DNA of 64,000 bases from positions 1-64,000 of the IMG/VR virus record IMGVR_UViG_3300026488_000011. One strand, written 5' to 3'. Numbering within the stretch: the first letter of the stretch is position 1; each line of letters opens with the position of its first letter. Below the pieces are notes generated by a model that saw only the letters and a list, made by a program, of their open reading frames with translations, was not told where the DNA came from and ran no database searches. The translations under genes and the position numbers were made by a program. Positions 29,942 to 40,679 of this stretch are shown here, in pieces. This DNA comes from a virus.

Positions 29942-31327
29942 TTACTCAGCTTTACCTTCTTCAGATTTTTCACCTGATTTTTCTTCTTCTTTAACATATA
30001 GTTTAGCAGATTCTCTTACGATCATCGCTATTCTAGATTTAACCAGATCAGCACCACTTGAAGCAACTGCTGTAACTGCATCTTTTGCTACTTTGTTAAC
30101 AAATAGTTTAACTACAAGTCTAGTAATAATACTTGCTTCTTTTTTATTTTTTAGTTCTTTAGCAACAGTTTCTTTAAATCTTTTAGCTTCTTTTTGGAAT
30201 TTTTCTAGGACTCTACCTACAGTTTCTCCTGCATTTTTAAGCTCTTCAGCAACTGCTTTAGCTTCGTCAAATGTAAGAGGTTTTAAGTGTTTTTTAGCGT
30301 TTTCAATCGCTGCTTTATTTTCGTCGATTGTAAATGATTTAACACTAATGCTTGTTAGTTTTTCAAGAGGTGTTTTGAATTCACCTTTCTTAGCGAAAAT
30401 TATGTTTCCTCTGATTTTGTTAGCTCTAATCTCAGTGACAACTACAGTAACTTCAGAATCCTTCATATCTTTAGCATATCTTTCTTTAACAAAGTTTGTT
30501 GCTAATTCATACGCAGGTTTTATAGAATTCAAACCAGTCTCAGCGATAGCGTCGATCTCTTTTAATACTTTCTTAAGCTCGTCGATGTTTTTAGGGTCTT
30601 CTTTAACAGTGTTTTCAATTTGTTTTAACGCTTTAGCATAACTTACAGTTACACCGCTAAACCAACCTTCTAAAGATTTTAGATATTTCTCAATACCTTT
30701 AGCATCTAAGCTACCACCAATTAATTCTACTACCCAGTTATTTTCAGCTAGTTGTTGAACTGTTTTGTCGTCAAACTTAGCATCTTTAGGTAATATAGTT
30801 TTACCTTCTTTTTCTAGTTTCTCTAACATATCAAGAAGTTTTTGTCCATCAGCTTCTCTCTTACCAAATAGACCAGCGATAAAGTCTACTACTTTCTTAA
30901 CAAATTTTACTACAGCTTCCCAAACTTTAATAGCGGCATTTTTAATACCTTCCCAAAGTTTAGCAGCTACGTTTTTCTTTTCTTCAGGTACGTTTTCACC
31001 GTCTGCTTCAAATCCAGGTGTAAGAAGTTTGCTAGGTTCAATTCCTAATACTTTTAGATTTGATTCTAACACGTGATAAGATTCTTGAGCTGCTACTGCG
31101 TCAAATTTACCTTTAGCAATTGCTTCAGCATCTAGTTCAGCACTAGCTTCAATGTTTTCAACTGCAGCGATAGCTACTTCTGTCATGATTGATGTTTCTA
31201 CAAGTTCTTCAGTAGCTTCCATAATGTCTAAGCTTACTGCATCTACGTCGATTTCTGGATTACCGAATGGCTTTGTATCCTCAACCGCTTCTTCGAATCC
31301 TGAAATGAATTTTTCAAATGTTTGCAT
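29942..31327 (-). CDS. Internal head/ejection protein paralog 2 (probably abundant)
   Basis: Acidic propeptide with SGFE and PGFE, then KLWEGIKNAAIKVWEAVVKFVKKV helix; codon choice suggests high expression. Confidence 0.7.
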   Translation of the reverse strand: MQTFEKFISGFEEAVEDTKPFGNPEIDVDAVSLDIMEATEELVETSIMTEVAIAAVENIEASAELDAEAIAKGKFDAVAAQESYHVLESNLKVLGIEPSKLLTPGFEADGENVPEEKKNVAAKLWEGIKNAAIKVWEAVVKFVKKVVDFIAGLFGKREADGQKLLDMLEKLEKEGKTILPKDAKFDDKTVQQLAENNWVVELIGGSLDAKGIEKYLKSLEGWFSGVTVSYAKALKQIENTVKEDPKNIDELKKVLKEIDAIAETGLNSIKPAYELATNFVKERYAKDMKDSEVTVVVTEIRANKIRGNIIFAKKGEFKTPLEKLTSISVKSFTIDENKAAIENAKKHLKPLTFDEAKAVAEELKNAGETVGRVLEKFQKEAKRFKETVAKELKNKKEASIITRLVVKLFVNKVAKDAVTAVASSGADLVKSRIAMIVRESAKLYVKEEEKSGEKSEEGKAE

Positions 31328-31347
31328 TTCTGCTCCTTTACTTTATT

Positions 31348-32919
31348 TTATACTTTTTTAGCTAATACGTAGTAATCAGTTAAAATAGTCAAAAAACGAC
31401 TAATCCTTTTAGTAGTAAAAATGAAATGTCTATAGTAAATAGTAGTACTATGCACAATACTAGCTACCTGTCGTGTTGTATACAGTAATAGCTCATTATA
31501 ACCAATCCATACTTTCTTTATTGTTTTCTGACATGGATCGTCATCTGATAACTTTTCTAAGATATTATTTTCTAACTTTATCAGTGTCTCTGTGTTGTTT
31601 AGTATTTTCATAATACCCTTTAAAGCAGTAGCATCTTTTTTACTCTCTCTAGCCATTGCATCAAATGCTGCTAACTCTTTTAAGTATTCGTTTATGTGTT
31701 TCAAGGTAGGAATGTCTGAATCTTCTATTAATGGTTCTAGATTAAAACCTAACTTTTTCACATCCTCAAAAGTCATTTTCTGTGTAGTAACAGAAAACTG
31801 AGAATACAGTGCTTTTAATTCTCTCATTACCCTAGAAAATATTTCACATAGTTTCTCACCATCCAATAACTTACTAGTATTCATCAAACACTTCACATGG
31901 TCTACATGTTTCTCGAGAGTAGTTTTATCAGGTATATTGATTCTAAGGAAACTTATCTCAGTAGGAGAAATACTGCTTAACACTATAACTTCTTTTTCAG
32001 GAATGTTAAATAATTTCCTTATATCGCTCACAGCTCTTTGGTTCATAGGGGACGCATAATCTATGTTAAAGAATAACGGTAGTTCTTTAAATCCGTTTAA
32101 GTCAGTCTTAATCTTGTCATAGAACGATGATAGTAACTCTGATAAAAGCTCGCTATCACTGATAGCAAAAGCTTTAATAATATTTTCCATATTATTATCA
32201 GTACTGAGGTATTCTATACTTGTTCTAGGTAAGATAAAACTTACAGTACCTTCATTTACTACATCCATTAGTCTTAAATGTATTTCTTCCAAAGCTTTGA
32301 GAAACTTACTAACGTTTCTAGGATGCATTGGTTCACTAATATAATACATAACCATAGGCATGGACTCTAAGGTACGTTTTTTGGCTTCGTCCAAAATATT
32401 TAACACTCTAGGATTTTCATCTTCTTTAATTTCTTCTAGTTTTTCTTCTAAGTTTTCCTTTCTCTTTTTAGCTTCTTTTTCTGCTTTTTTTACACTCTCC
32501 TCTACTACTTTTTTAGGATTATTGTCTTTTCTGGTAAATACTTTAACAATAAAATCCCATACTTTTAAGATAAGGTTTTTAATATAGTTGATTAGTTTTA
32601 ATATAGCGTCTCTTATCGCAGCTAATATGTCTCCGAGTATCTTTTTGGTTCTACCTAGTATTCCCTCGAATCCTATAAATGTCCTATAGTCTTCTCTTAT
32701 ATCGATATCTAAAAATTTAAGATCAGTTTTAATAACCTCCATGCCTATACCGATATCAAATTCTTTATCTTCTAATGTTAGCGGATGTTCTATAAATTGT
32801 CCTAAGTTTATTACCGATAATTTATTCTCGGCTAATTCCTCATATGCTTCTATCACATCACATATAGTAGGTTCAATTGTTAAAACAGTATCATTGCTGG
32901 TTACGAGCTCGTTAAACAT
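31348..32919 (-). CDS. Internal head/ejection protein paralog 1
   Basis: GME and GFE sites before a KILGDILAAIRDAILKLINYIK helix. Confidence 0.65.
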   Translation of the reverse strand: MFNELVTSNDTVLTIEPTICDVIEAYEELAENKLSVINLGQFIEHPLTLEDKEFDIGIGMEVIKTDLKFLDIDIREDYRTFIGFEGILGRTKKILGDILAAIRDAILKLINYIKNLILKVWDFIVKVFTRKDNNPKKVVEESVKKAEKEAKKRKENLEEKLEEIKEDENPRVLNILDEAKKRTLESMPMVMYYISEPMHPRNVSKFLKALEEIHLRLMDVVNEGTVSFILPRTSIEYLSTDNNMENIIKAFAISDSELLSELLSSFYDKIKTDLNGFKELPLFFNIDYASPMNQRAVSDIRKLFNIPEKEVIVLSSISPTEISFLRINIPDKTTLEKHVDHVKCLMNTSKLLDGEKLCEIFSRVMRELKALYSQFSVTTQKMTFEDVKKLGFNLEPLIEDSDIPTLKHINEYLKELAAFDAMARESKKDATALKGIMKILNNTETLIKLENNILEKLSDDDPCQKTIKKVWIGYNELLLYTTRQVASIVHSTTIYYRHFIFTTKRISRFLTILTDYYVLAKKV

Positions 32920-32979
32920 CTTTCTATCCTTTATATTTAGTTAATCAAAAAATAAGGACTGAGACGGAACTTAGCCGTC

Positions 32980-33870
32980 TCAGTCTTCTATAATGGATCT
33001 TATCTTTTCTTCTGTTAATGCTAACTGTTTCTCGTAATACTCTATTTGCTTTTTAAGCTTTTCGTTCTCAGGTTCATTTTTTAATCTTTGTTTAAGTTCT
33101 AACAGTTTCAGTTCTAGTAGTTTTTTTCTTTCTTCTAGAGATTTTAATCTATTAATCTGTAAATCTACTAGAAACTTTCTAATGTGGTAAATAGGGTTAC
33201 CGGTAAATCCTAACGAATAACCTTCATTAATGGATTTGTTAATAAATCCTAATGTTTTATTATCAGTAAAACCAAGAGATCTTAACACTTTTAACACCAT
33301 TGTTGATACTAGGTTTTTACCAGCAGGCATTTTACCCACAGTGTTAATCACATCTTCAATATCTGTCTTAATATAGAACTTATAGAGCTCCACTAAGCCT
33401 CTAATTTGTTTAGTAACGTCTTTAAACATTTCGTCTAATACTGAACTGCTGTAACTATTTGAATCATTGATATAGAATCTATCTAACAAGTAGACCAGTA
33501 TTAGTGGTAGGTCAGTAATCATGAATATACCTGTATTGTATAACATATAGATAGTTCTTAGATTAGGGTTATTAGTTCTTAAAGGTAATTCTTCAGGAAG
33601 ATCCTTTATCTTAGCTCTCAATGCTGGTATAGCAGCTTTATATCTTTTTAGGATAGAGATTAAGTCAGAAATAAACTCTAAGTCGTCTTTCGTTTTAATA
33701 TCTTTAAATATCATTAACGAAGTAAATCTTTTTCTATTCTCAAACCCTTTTAATGTCTTAGCTATGTTTGTTAATGTAGGGATTACGCTATCAGTTAACT
33801 CAGCTTCGATTATATCTAGTGTTTCTTCAATATCTGTTTTCGATATCGTCTTTTCGAACAATTTAAACAT
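32980..33870 (-). CDS. Head structural protein (phiKZ gp90-like)
   Basis: GFTGNPIYHIR motif followed by a C-terminal coiled coil; synteny. Confidence 0.65.
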   Translation of the reverse strand: MFKLFEKTISKTDIEETLDIIEAELTDSVIPTLTNIAKTLKGFENRKRFTSLMIFKDIKTKDDLEFISDLISILKRYKAAIPALRAKIKDLPEELPLRTNNPNLRTIYMLYNTGIFMITDLPLILVYLLDRFYINDSNSYSSSVLDEMFKDVTKQIRGLVELYKFYIKTDIEDVINTVGKMPAGKNLVSTMVLKVLRSLGFTDNKTLGFINKSINEGYSLGFTGNPIYHIRKFLVDLQINRLKSLEERKKLLELKLLELKQRLKNEPENEKLKKQIEYYEKQLALTEEKIRSIIED

Positions 33871-33884
33871 CTCTTCTCCTTTTG

Positions 33885-34907
33885 TTAAAACGGTGATTTA
33901 CCGGCTATTAAAGTTTTTAGTAATTCATCAGTATCTAGTCCTTGTTTACCGTTATTTAACATATTAAACGGTATAACCGAATACGGTCTAGTGAATTTTG
34001 TTATATAAATCATCTTTTCTTTGTGTAAGTCTATAAAACTAATAGAATGTGCTTTTAATTCCTCTATTAGTTTCATCTTACACTTATCAGATTTAATACT
34101 ACATTTAATAGCAGATTCTATATACGGTCTCTCTTCCATTGTGAAATTATACAGGTTATAATAAGCAGATACATCTTTTAGTGTCAATAATTTCTTCAGT
34201 CCAGCTTTTGTTTCTTTCTCTTTTATTAAAGCATAGAGTTCGCTTTCGCTAGAAATTCTTTTCTTTTTATAATCTTTTACTAAATCACTAGCAAATAGAA
34301 ATTCTTTCCAGCCAATTGCTCCTGATCTTAACTCATCCAGTCTATTAGAAAATGAAGCTCTCTCTACTTCTCCAATCATCAAGTCTATAAAGTCTTTAAC
34401 ATCGATGTAAAGTATAGTAGGTTTAATAAAGATAGGAATATCTATTACAATTGTTTTATCTCCCACTCTTCTTGCATACTTGATATTAATATAGACATTC
34501 ACACCTTCGATTTTGATATTACTTGCATTACCTTTGTCGTTTTCAAAACCAGCAAACAATCTTTTATCGTCTAAAATCTTTTCAGTAACTTCTTCTGCAC
34601 CTAATGCTCTTATAACATCTGTAGGTACGTGTTTACCTGTGATAGTAGAAATCTTAAACTCATCTGTTCTAGATACGTTCAATATTATTTTCAGCGCTTC
34701 CACGATAACAGTACTGAAATTTATCAACTCGAATTTGATAATGTTTTTTATCAGAGACTTGTCAGCGTATTCTAGCTGTTTACTCAATATCACTTTAGGT
34801 TCAATTACATACCTGTTGATAATATCAGTAACGTCATCAGGTTGTGCTTGAATTTTATCTAGCCAGCTTATTAAATCAGCAAACCCATTTAAAATTTTAG
34901 GTACCAT
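33885..34907 (-). CDS. Head/inner-body protein (phiKZ gp89-like)
   Basis: YVIEP.VI.S and RLDELRSGAIGWKEFLFASDL motifs; divergent from the gp88-like gene. Confidence 0.65.
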   Translation of the reverse strand: MVPKILNGFADLISWLDKIQAQPDDVTDIINRYVIEPKVILSKQLEYADKSLIKNIIKFELINFSTVIVEALKIILNVSRTDEFKISTITGKHVPTDVIRALGAEEVTEKILDDKRLFAGFENDKGNASNIKIEGVNVYINIKYARRVGDKTIVIDIPIFIKPTILYIDVKDFIDLMIGEVERASFSNRLDELRSGAIGWKEFLFASDLVKDYKKKRISSESELYALIKEKETKAGLKKLLTLKDVSAYYNLYNFTMEERPYIESAIKCSIKSDKCKMKLIEELKAHSISFIDLHKEKMIYITKFTRPYSVIPFNMLNNGKQGLDTDELLKTLIAGKSPF

Positions 34908-34992
34908 TATTACTCCTTAATACGTGTTATGTTTCATAGTAAGCCAATCTGGACTATCCGATGAAGATAAATATAATTATAGTAAGGAATGA

Positions 34993-36141
34993 ATGATGGC
35001 AATTTATGACGGTAACATTAACGATTTTTTAGATAATACCGCTTTAGGCGGCATGGATAAAGCTGTAGCAAATACCCTATACGGTTTAAAGCATACCAGG
35101 ACCACACCTCCTGTAAAATCGTCACACGACTACCAAGGATTTACGTTTTTCGTAAGACCGCAACTCAATCTCAGATCTGATAATATTAGAAACATCAGAC
35201 AATTTTACCCGCTCCTAACTAAGGACAGACTTTCTATACAGAGATATGTGAGAGTAATGCTAGATCCTAGACTACCTTTTAAATTATACATAAACGGAGA
35301 ATTAGAAGATAGTTTCTACGGTAAGGAAATAATCGATTGCCCTATAGTAGATAAGTACAATCCGTTTATACCAATTCTGACAAATACCATCACCAATATG
35401 TCTGGATGGCCAGATGTAGTAGTGCCTGAGTGGACTAGTAACCCAGGAATAAGAAAAGAACAAATCAGCATGGTGGATGGTACTTATGAAATCAATGATG
35501 TTTTCGACATTGACGTTACATTTAGAAACATAGTAACTGATCCTATCCTATACATGATGCAAATATGGACTATGTATAGCACATTTGTCTTTGAAGGAAT
35601 GTTGGCACCTTATTGGGACTTTGCCTTAGAAAATGAAATAGACTACAATACCAGAATTTATAGAGTAGTATTAGATCCTACTTCCAGATATGTAAAAAGA
35701 ATAGCTGCTACTGGAGCAGCATTTCCTATAAATGTGCCTACTGGAAAATTCTTTGATTTTAGTTTCGATAGACCATATTCCGACCAGACAAAAGAAATTA
35801 ATATCAGATTCAAATGCATAGGTGCTACTTATAACGATGACATATTAATCAGAGAGTTTAACCAAACTAACGCTATATTTAATCCAGCCTATAGAGCGTA
35901 TCTAAATGGTAATAAAAACACCATGGTAGAAATCCCTAAAGAGTTATTAGAAATAATAAACTTCAGAGGTTATCCGTATATAGATCCAAATACATATGAA
36001 TTCAAATGGTTATTACCTAAAACCAGTCCTACGTTTATGAAGCTAGACGAAATTGTAAACAAAAAGAAAATTAAACAAAACGAAATTACCCATGAACAAA
36101 ACATACCTAATTTTAACCTAGAAGGAGTATTAAATGGCTAA
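34993..36141 (+). CDS. Tail/baseplate structural protein (phiKZ gp88-like)
   Basis: GFTFFVRPQLNL, GWPD, DYNTRIYR.VLD and GAAFP motifs. Confidence 0.7.
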   Translation: MMAIYDGNINDFLDNTALGGMDKAVANTLYGLKHTRTTPPVKSSHDYQGFTFFVRPQLNLRSDNIRNIRQFYPLLTKDRLSIQRYVRVMLDPRLPFKLYINGELEDSFYGKEIIDCPIVDKYNPFIPILTNTITNMSGWPDVVVPEWTSNPGIRKEQISMVDGTYEINDVFDIDVTFRNIVTDPILYMMQIWTMYSTFVFEGMLAPYWDFALENEIDYNTRIYRVVLDPTSRYVKRIAATGAAFPINVPTGKFFDFSFDRPYSDQTKEINIRFKCIGATYNDDILIREFNQTNAIFNPAYRAYLNGNKNTMVEIPKELLEIINFRGYPYIDPNTYEFKWLLPKTSPTFMKLDEIVNKKKIKQNEITHEQNIPNFNLEGVLNG

Positions 36142-38980
36142 TATTTTAGACGACATATCAAATCTACTTTATAACCCTAGTGCTATACAAAGTAAAGTAT
36201 TAGAACTCCTTAGTAAAGGAAGCGAAGGAAAAGTAGATATTCCTGATCCTACTAATCCTTTTGTTTTTCTTGTAGAGAGTAATGCATTAATAGGTTCAGG
36301 GATAGTGCAGGAGTTTGGAAACAACATTAAAAAACTCTACCCGCATTTAGCGGAGAATAAAGAGGACTTATATCATCATTTATCCGATAATGAATTACAA
36401 GATATATTTGCTAGTCCATCCACTGGTAAGTTTAGATTTTTCCTAAGTATCGATGAAATAAAAAACAATATACCACTTACTAACAATTATTACGAGCTAT
36501 TAATACCTAAATTAACTAAGATAACTGTGAATGATATAGTCTTCACTGTGTTAAACGATATAGTCATTAGGTACTACGATAGCAGAAAAACGTTTGTTAA
36601 ACTAGTAGGTAATAATATAGGAATTAGCCACGATAATGACATAATTTGTCCATCGGGTATAATTACTGATTCTAACCTGAATGAGTGGCTAATCTTTGAT
36701 GTGGATATTCAACAGTTGAACTATACGATTATAAACGATACTATCATAAATTCAAAACCTTTCTATAAAAGAATACCTATTGAGAATCAATATGCTTATG
36801 CAGAAGCATATGCGTATAGTCCTACGAATGGTAGCATGATTAAACTAAACAAAACGTATAGTAGTTTTGTGTATAATCCAGCTATTCCGACTGTCTACTT
36901 AAAGCCTATTGGTAAAGAGCTAATAGTAGAAATACCTTTAATCTATACGTCTAATAATGTAATCACAGGAGATTTTAAGTTAGATCTATTTACTACACAC
37001 GGTGAATTAGATATGCCTCTGGAAAACTATTCTATGTCAGATTTTAGCATTAGCTTTCCGGAAAATATAGATGATCCAAGATTTAAACCATTATTAAACA
37101 TGAATGTACTTACAAAAGGTATAGGGTTTACATATGGAGGTAGAAACGAGTTAACATTTGAAGAGCTAAAAAATAAGATTATTTATCACAGTACAGGTGA
37201 TAACTTACTACCTATCACAGAGGATGAAATAAAAGAAGAGTTAAGTCAAATAGGTTACGAATTAATTAACAAGGTAGATACAATTTTAGATAGAATCTAT
37301 ATAGCTGATAAAAAGATAAGCAGTTTAGGATTTGATGTAAATGTTCTAGCAGATGTTTTTTCAGAAAACATAGTGATAAGGGCTAACAACATAGATAACA
37401 TCTATATTAAACAGGATGGACCTAGATTAATTATAAATCCATTTACTGTGTTCGAACTAATGGAAGGTAAGTTAAGACCGTTAACTGTAACGGAGTTAGA
37501 AGAAATAAACGAAATGGAGAAGGATGAATTACTTACTCTCATTTCCCAGAAGAAATATTTTTACAATATATACAAATATGTATGTGACTTTGAGAATAAG
37601 TTAAAAGTAAGGGCGTATGATCTAAATATGCCTAGTGTATATAACAACCGAAATATAGTTATTAACAGTGGTTTGAATACACTCACTACCTTATCCAATT
37701 ATAAATTAACAAGATTGAAAGACGACTTCTATCTAACATTTACAATTAATCCAGATGAGAACTTTTTAAATCTAGACCTCAATAGTCTAAAAATCCAACT
37801 AACGTTATATGGAGAAAATGAGGGAGTAAAATATTCATTCTTTGGAGAAATTCTAGAAACAGAAACAGGATTAGTAGGTAGAGTAAAGATAAACACCACT
37901 GGTTATATAAACGAAGATGATAAAGTTGAACTAAGTAATTTCATATCTAGTTTAACAGTAGGTAGCTGTAACTTAATAAATGATGCTTACTTATTAATTT
38001 ACTCTACTACGAAATTAGCTAATGATAAGGATCTTACCTTACTATCGTTAGCAGAATCGGAAGATGTTCAGACAGTAATTTATAAAGAAGATCTGACCTT
38101 AGAATTCGGAAAGAGATTAACTTATCTATATACTAATTACGATGTTAACTACACTTCTAGAAAATATAAAACTTACGACGAAGATGTTTACTTAACATAT
38201 GAAGAAGATGTCTATGAACTAGATGAAACTGGTACTCCTAAGCTAATCCCGGTAGACACAGATGGAGACGGAGAACCTGATGATGTAGAATTCGTAATAT
38301 TACACAGAAAAGGAGATCCTGTATTAGACGATGAAGGGAAACCTATAATTGTACATAAAGCAGGAGATGTAGTGCTAGATGAAAATGGAGATCCTATAAT
38401 TGACTATGAATTAGGATTAGAACATATCCTAAATTTATTGCTTTTAGAGTATCCGATAAGAAGTGCTACAAATCCTGTTTACAGAGATTATAGAATAGCA
38501 TTATACAAAGAACTAACGTATACCGTTACTACTGAGCTAGATGATATTAACAGTAGGATACTAGAGAATACAGTAATTAAATTCAAACCTAGAAACAATT
38601 TAAGAGATGTTAAACTAGTGGTGAATGATACTATTTATTCAGTACCTAACTTTATAAATCCTGTTATTGATATCTATGTAGTTAACACAGTCCTCACACC
38701 TGACTTAAGTACTAACTTTAAATTAATAGCAGGACGCATATTACAAGAAGGTTTAAGAGAGAATAAGCGTATCTCAGAAATAACTGATGACATTACGAAA
38801 GCCCTAGGAGACAATGTAGTATCTGTTAAGATTTACAATACTGATAATATTGGCGATATCGATATTAAGACATATACTCCTGACAGTAGCAGGCTGGTAA
38901 TAGATAAAAGACTATCCATAGGATCAGATGGTACTTTACTACCAGAACTTAAAGTAGACGTAAATATTTATAATCTCTAG
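36134..38980 (+). CDS. Baseplate wedge protein (phiKZ gp87-like)
   Basis: 948 aa; NP..IQ, DPTNPFVFL and H.KGD.VLD..G.P motifs. Confidence 0.7.
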   Translation: MANILDDISNLLYNPSAIQSKVLELLSKGSEGKVDIPDPTNPFVFLVESNALIGSGIVQEFGNNIKKLYPHLAENKEDLYHHLSDNELQDIFASPSTGKFRFFLSIDEIKNNIPLTNNYYELLIPKLTKITVNDIVFTVLNDIVIRYYDSRKTFVKLVGNNIGISHDNDIICPSGIITDSNLNEWLIFDVDIQQLNYTIINDTIINSKPFYKRIPIENQYAYAEAYAYSPTNGSMIKLNKTYSSFVYNPAIPTVYLKPIGKELIVEIPLIYTSNNVITGDFKLDLFTTHGELDMPLENYSMSDFSISFPENIDDPRFKPLLNMNVLTKGIGFTYGGRNELTFEELKNKIIYHSTGDNLLPITEDEIKEELSQIGYELINKVDTILDRIYIADKKISSLGFDVNVLADVFSENIVIRANNIDNIYIKQDGPRLIINPFTVFELMEGKLRPLTVTELEEINEMEKDELLTLISQKKYFYNIYKYVCDFENKLKVRAYDLNMPSVYNNRNIVINSGLNTLTTLSNYKLTRLKDDFYLTFTINPDENFLNLDLNSLKIQLTLYGENEGVKYSFFGEILETETGLVGRVKINTTGYINEDDKVELSNFISSLTVGSCNLINDAYLLIYSTTKLANDKDLTLLSLAESEDVQTVIYKEDLTLEFGKRLTYLYTNYDVNYTSRKYKTYDEDVYLTYEEDVYELDETGTPKLIPVDTDGDGEPDDVEFVILHRKGDPVLDDEGKPIIVHKAGDVVLDENGDPIIDYELGLEHILNLLLLEYPIRSATNPVYRDYRIALYKELTYTVTTELDDINSRILENTVIKFKPRNNLRDVKLVVNDTIYSVPNFINPVIDIYVVNTVLTPDLSTNFKLIAGRILQEGLRENKRISEITDDITKALGDNVVSVKIYNTDNIGDIDIKTYTPDSSRLVIDKRLSIGSDGTLLPELKVDVNIYNL

Positions 38981-39000
38981 GACTATTTGTCCTAGAGATT
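38972..39000. terminator. Bidirectional terminator overlapping the stop
   Basis: AATCTCTAGGAC-TATTT-GTCCTAGAGATT between convergent genes. Confidence 0.8.
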
Positions 39001-39010
39001 ATGTTTTTTA

Positions 39011-39550
39011 TTAATTAGAATTTCTCATTCCTGAAAACAGTCCTTCTAATGTAAACACGCCTAACAAAAACATCTTTTTATTTTTTCTTATAGCAGCTAG
39101 ATCATCTTTAGAAACTATTAAAGATAGCGGTCCTTCTGTCATGACGTCTAAAGTAAAATTATTAGTCCCTAATACGTAATTAAATTTATGTTCTACTAAC
39201 AACATTGCTGCTTCACTTACATCCTCTATTATTTCTGCAGGTACATCGTAAGAGTTCTTTAGCAAGTTTTTGAAAATTATCTTGCCTCCTAAAACAATCT
39301 TTGACGGTTCAATACCGTTAGCTTCGCAATAATGTTCTTTTACAATTTCAACTTTAGAAGCAAGTCCTGCAGCTAAACCTGCTTTGAGTTGTTGTCTGGT
39401 ACTTTTATCCCCTGTTATGTATGCTTCGTTAAATTTAGCTAACGTTTTCTTTGCATACAGAATTGGGACTGTTCTTGTTAATAAGTCTGCATTAAGTTCT
39501 CCCATGACGAAAAATGGGTAAAGTACATCCTCTATTCTTAAACCTAACAT
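39011..39550 (-). CDS. Hypothetical protein
   Basis: 179 aa with SD. Confidence 0.7.
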   Translation of the reverse strand: MLGLRIEDVLYPFFVMGELNADLLTRTVPILYAKKTLAKFNEAYITGDKSTRQQLKAGLAAGLASKVEIVKEHYCEANGIEPSKIVLGGKIIFKNLLKNSYDVPAEIIEDVSEAAMLLVEHKFNYVLGTNNFTLDVMTEGPLSLIVSKDDLAAIRKNKKMFLLGVFTLEGLFSGMRNSN

Positions 39551-39626
39551 GGATTCTCCTTATTCGTAAATATTATCATCAACGTAATCATGATTTGAAA
39601 GAAGTAGCAATAATAAGGAGCAACAC

Positions 39627-40646
39627 ATGGCAATTTTTTATGTAGATGAATATATGCTCTATAACACATTATCAGATGTAATAGAAGCTGAATATGAAGT
39701 ATATTTAGACCCGGGATTTAACAACTTAATAGCCAGCGGTAAAGTGAGTAAACCTGATAATGTTTTAGAATGGTTTAACAGTCTGCCTAAAAACATACCG
39801 CATAAGTTTATAGAAGAGGATACAGATATTTATCCTAGAGTAAAATTACATACAATAAACTCTGTATCACCATGGTATTTATTAAAACCAGATAAAAGTA
39901 GAAATATCAGGTACTACGATAGAGATAAATTTGTTAGAGAGAGAATCTACGATAAGAGAGGTAATCTATTAAAAGATCTATTGTTTAAAGAAGATGACAA
40001 ACCTATTGACATTTGGTTCTATAATACTATCTGGAAAGAAGACTTCTTACTACCTATGTTAGATCCGAATGAATGGAAAACAGAATACTTTACTTTAGGT
40101 AATAAAATAATTGGTAATAGAAATTTAAGAGTAGAAGAAGATGGAATTGAAGGATGGTTAAAATTAGGTACAGACTACGAAAATGAATTTATGTATGGTA
40201 ATCAGATAGAATACACATCACCTATACCTATACCAAAAGATGGTTACATAGAGACTAAGGTATACTTAGATACTATGGTTAATAGTAGCTTAACTGTAAA
40301 TATTCAGGTAGGTAGTTACACCTTACGATTAGCATCCTTTATTTCTTTAAATGGTGTAACCAGGTTATATATGCAAGTACTAAATAAAAACATATTACAA
40401 CAACAGGTCGTTGTTAATTCTGAGGACGATAAAACATACATATTAGGTATAGCTATAGAAGGAAGAGTAATAAAGTTTTATCAAAACCACAAAGAACTAG
40501 GAAGATATATAGCATTCGATGATTTAGAAGACACAGGTAAGTTAATAATAAAAACGGATCCACTAACCTTAGATAACAGGGGATCATATTCTATCGATTA
40601 TATATCTGTAATGAAGAAATCAGACTTTACAGTAGATAGATATTAA
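39627..40646 (+). CDS. Virion protein with a C-terminal concanavalin-A/LamG-like beta-sandwich
   Basis: Beta-strand pattern W.EDF...IETKVY..GIAIEG..IKFYQN..ELG...IDYISV. Confidence 0.5.
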   Translation: MAIFYVDEYMLYNTLSDVIEAEYEVYLDPGFNNLIASGKVSKPDNVLEWFNSLPKNIPHKFIEEDTDIYPRVKLHTINSVSPWYLLKPDKSRNIRYYDRDKFVRERIYDKRGNLLKDLLFKEDDKPIDIWFYNTIWKEDFLLPMLDPNEWKTEYFTLGNKIIGNRNLRVEEDGIEGWLKLGTDYENEFMYGNQIEYTSPIPIPKDGYIETKVYLDTMVNSSLTVNIQVGSYTLRLASFISLNGVTRLYMQVLNKNILQQQVVVNSEDDKTYILGIAIEGRVIKFYQNHKELGRYIAFDDLEDTGKLIIKTDPLTLDNRGSYSIDYISVMKKSDFTVDRY

Positions 40647-40647
40647 A

Positions 40648-40679
40648 TATCCACATGAGTCGTATGACTCATGTGGATA
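40648..40679. terminator. Bidirectional terminator
   Basis: TATCCACATGAGTC-GTAT-GACTCATGTGGATA, 14-bp stem. Confidence 0.8.

Noticed and set aside
36134-38980. EF-hand-like DTDGDGEPD loop in the baseplate protein
   Set aside because: A single short motif in an acidic insertion; not enough to claim calcium binding
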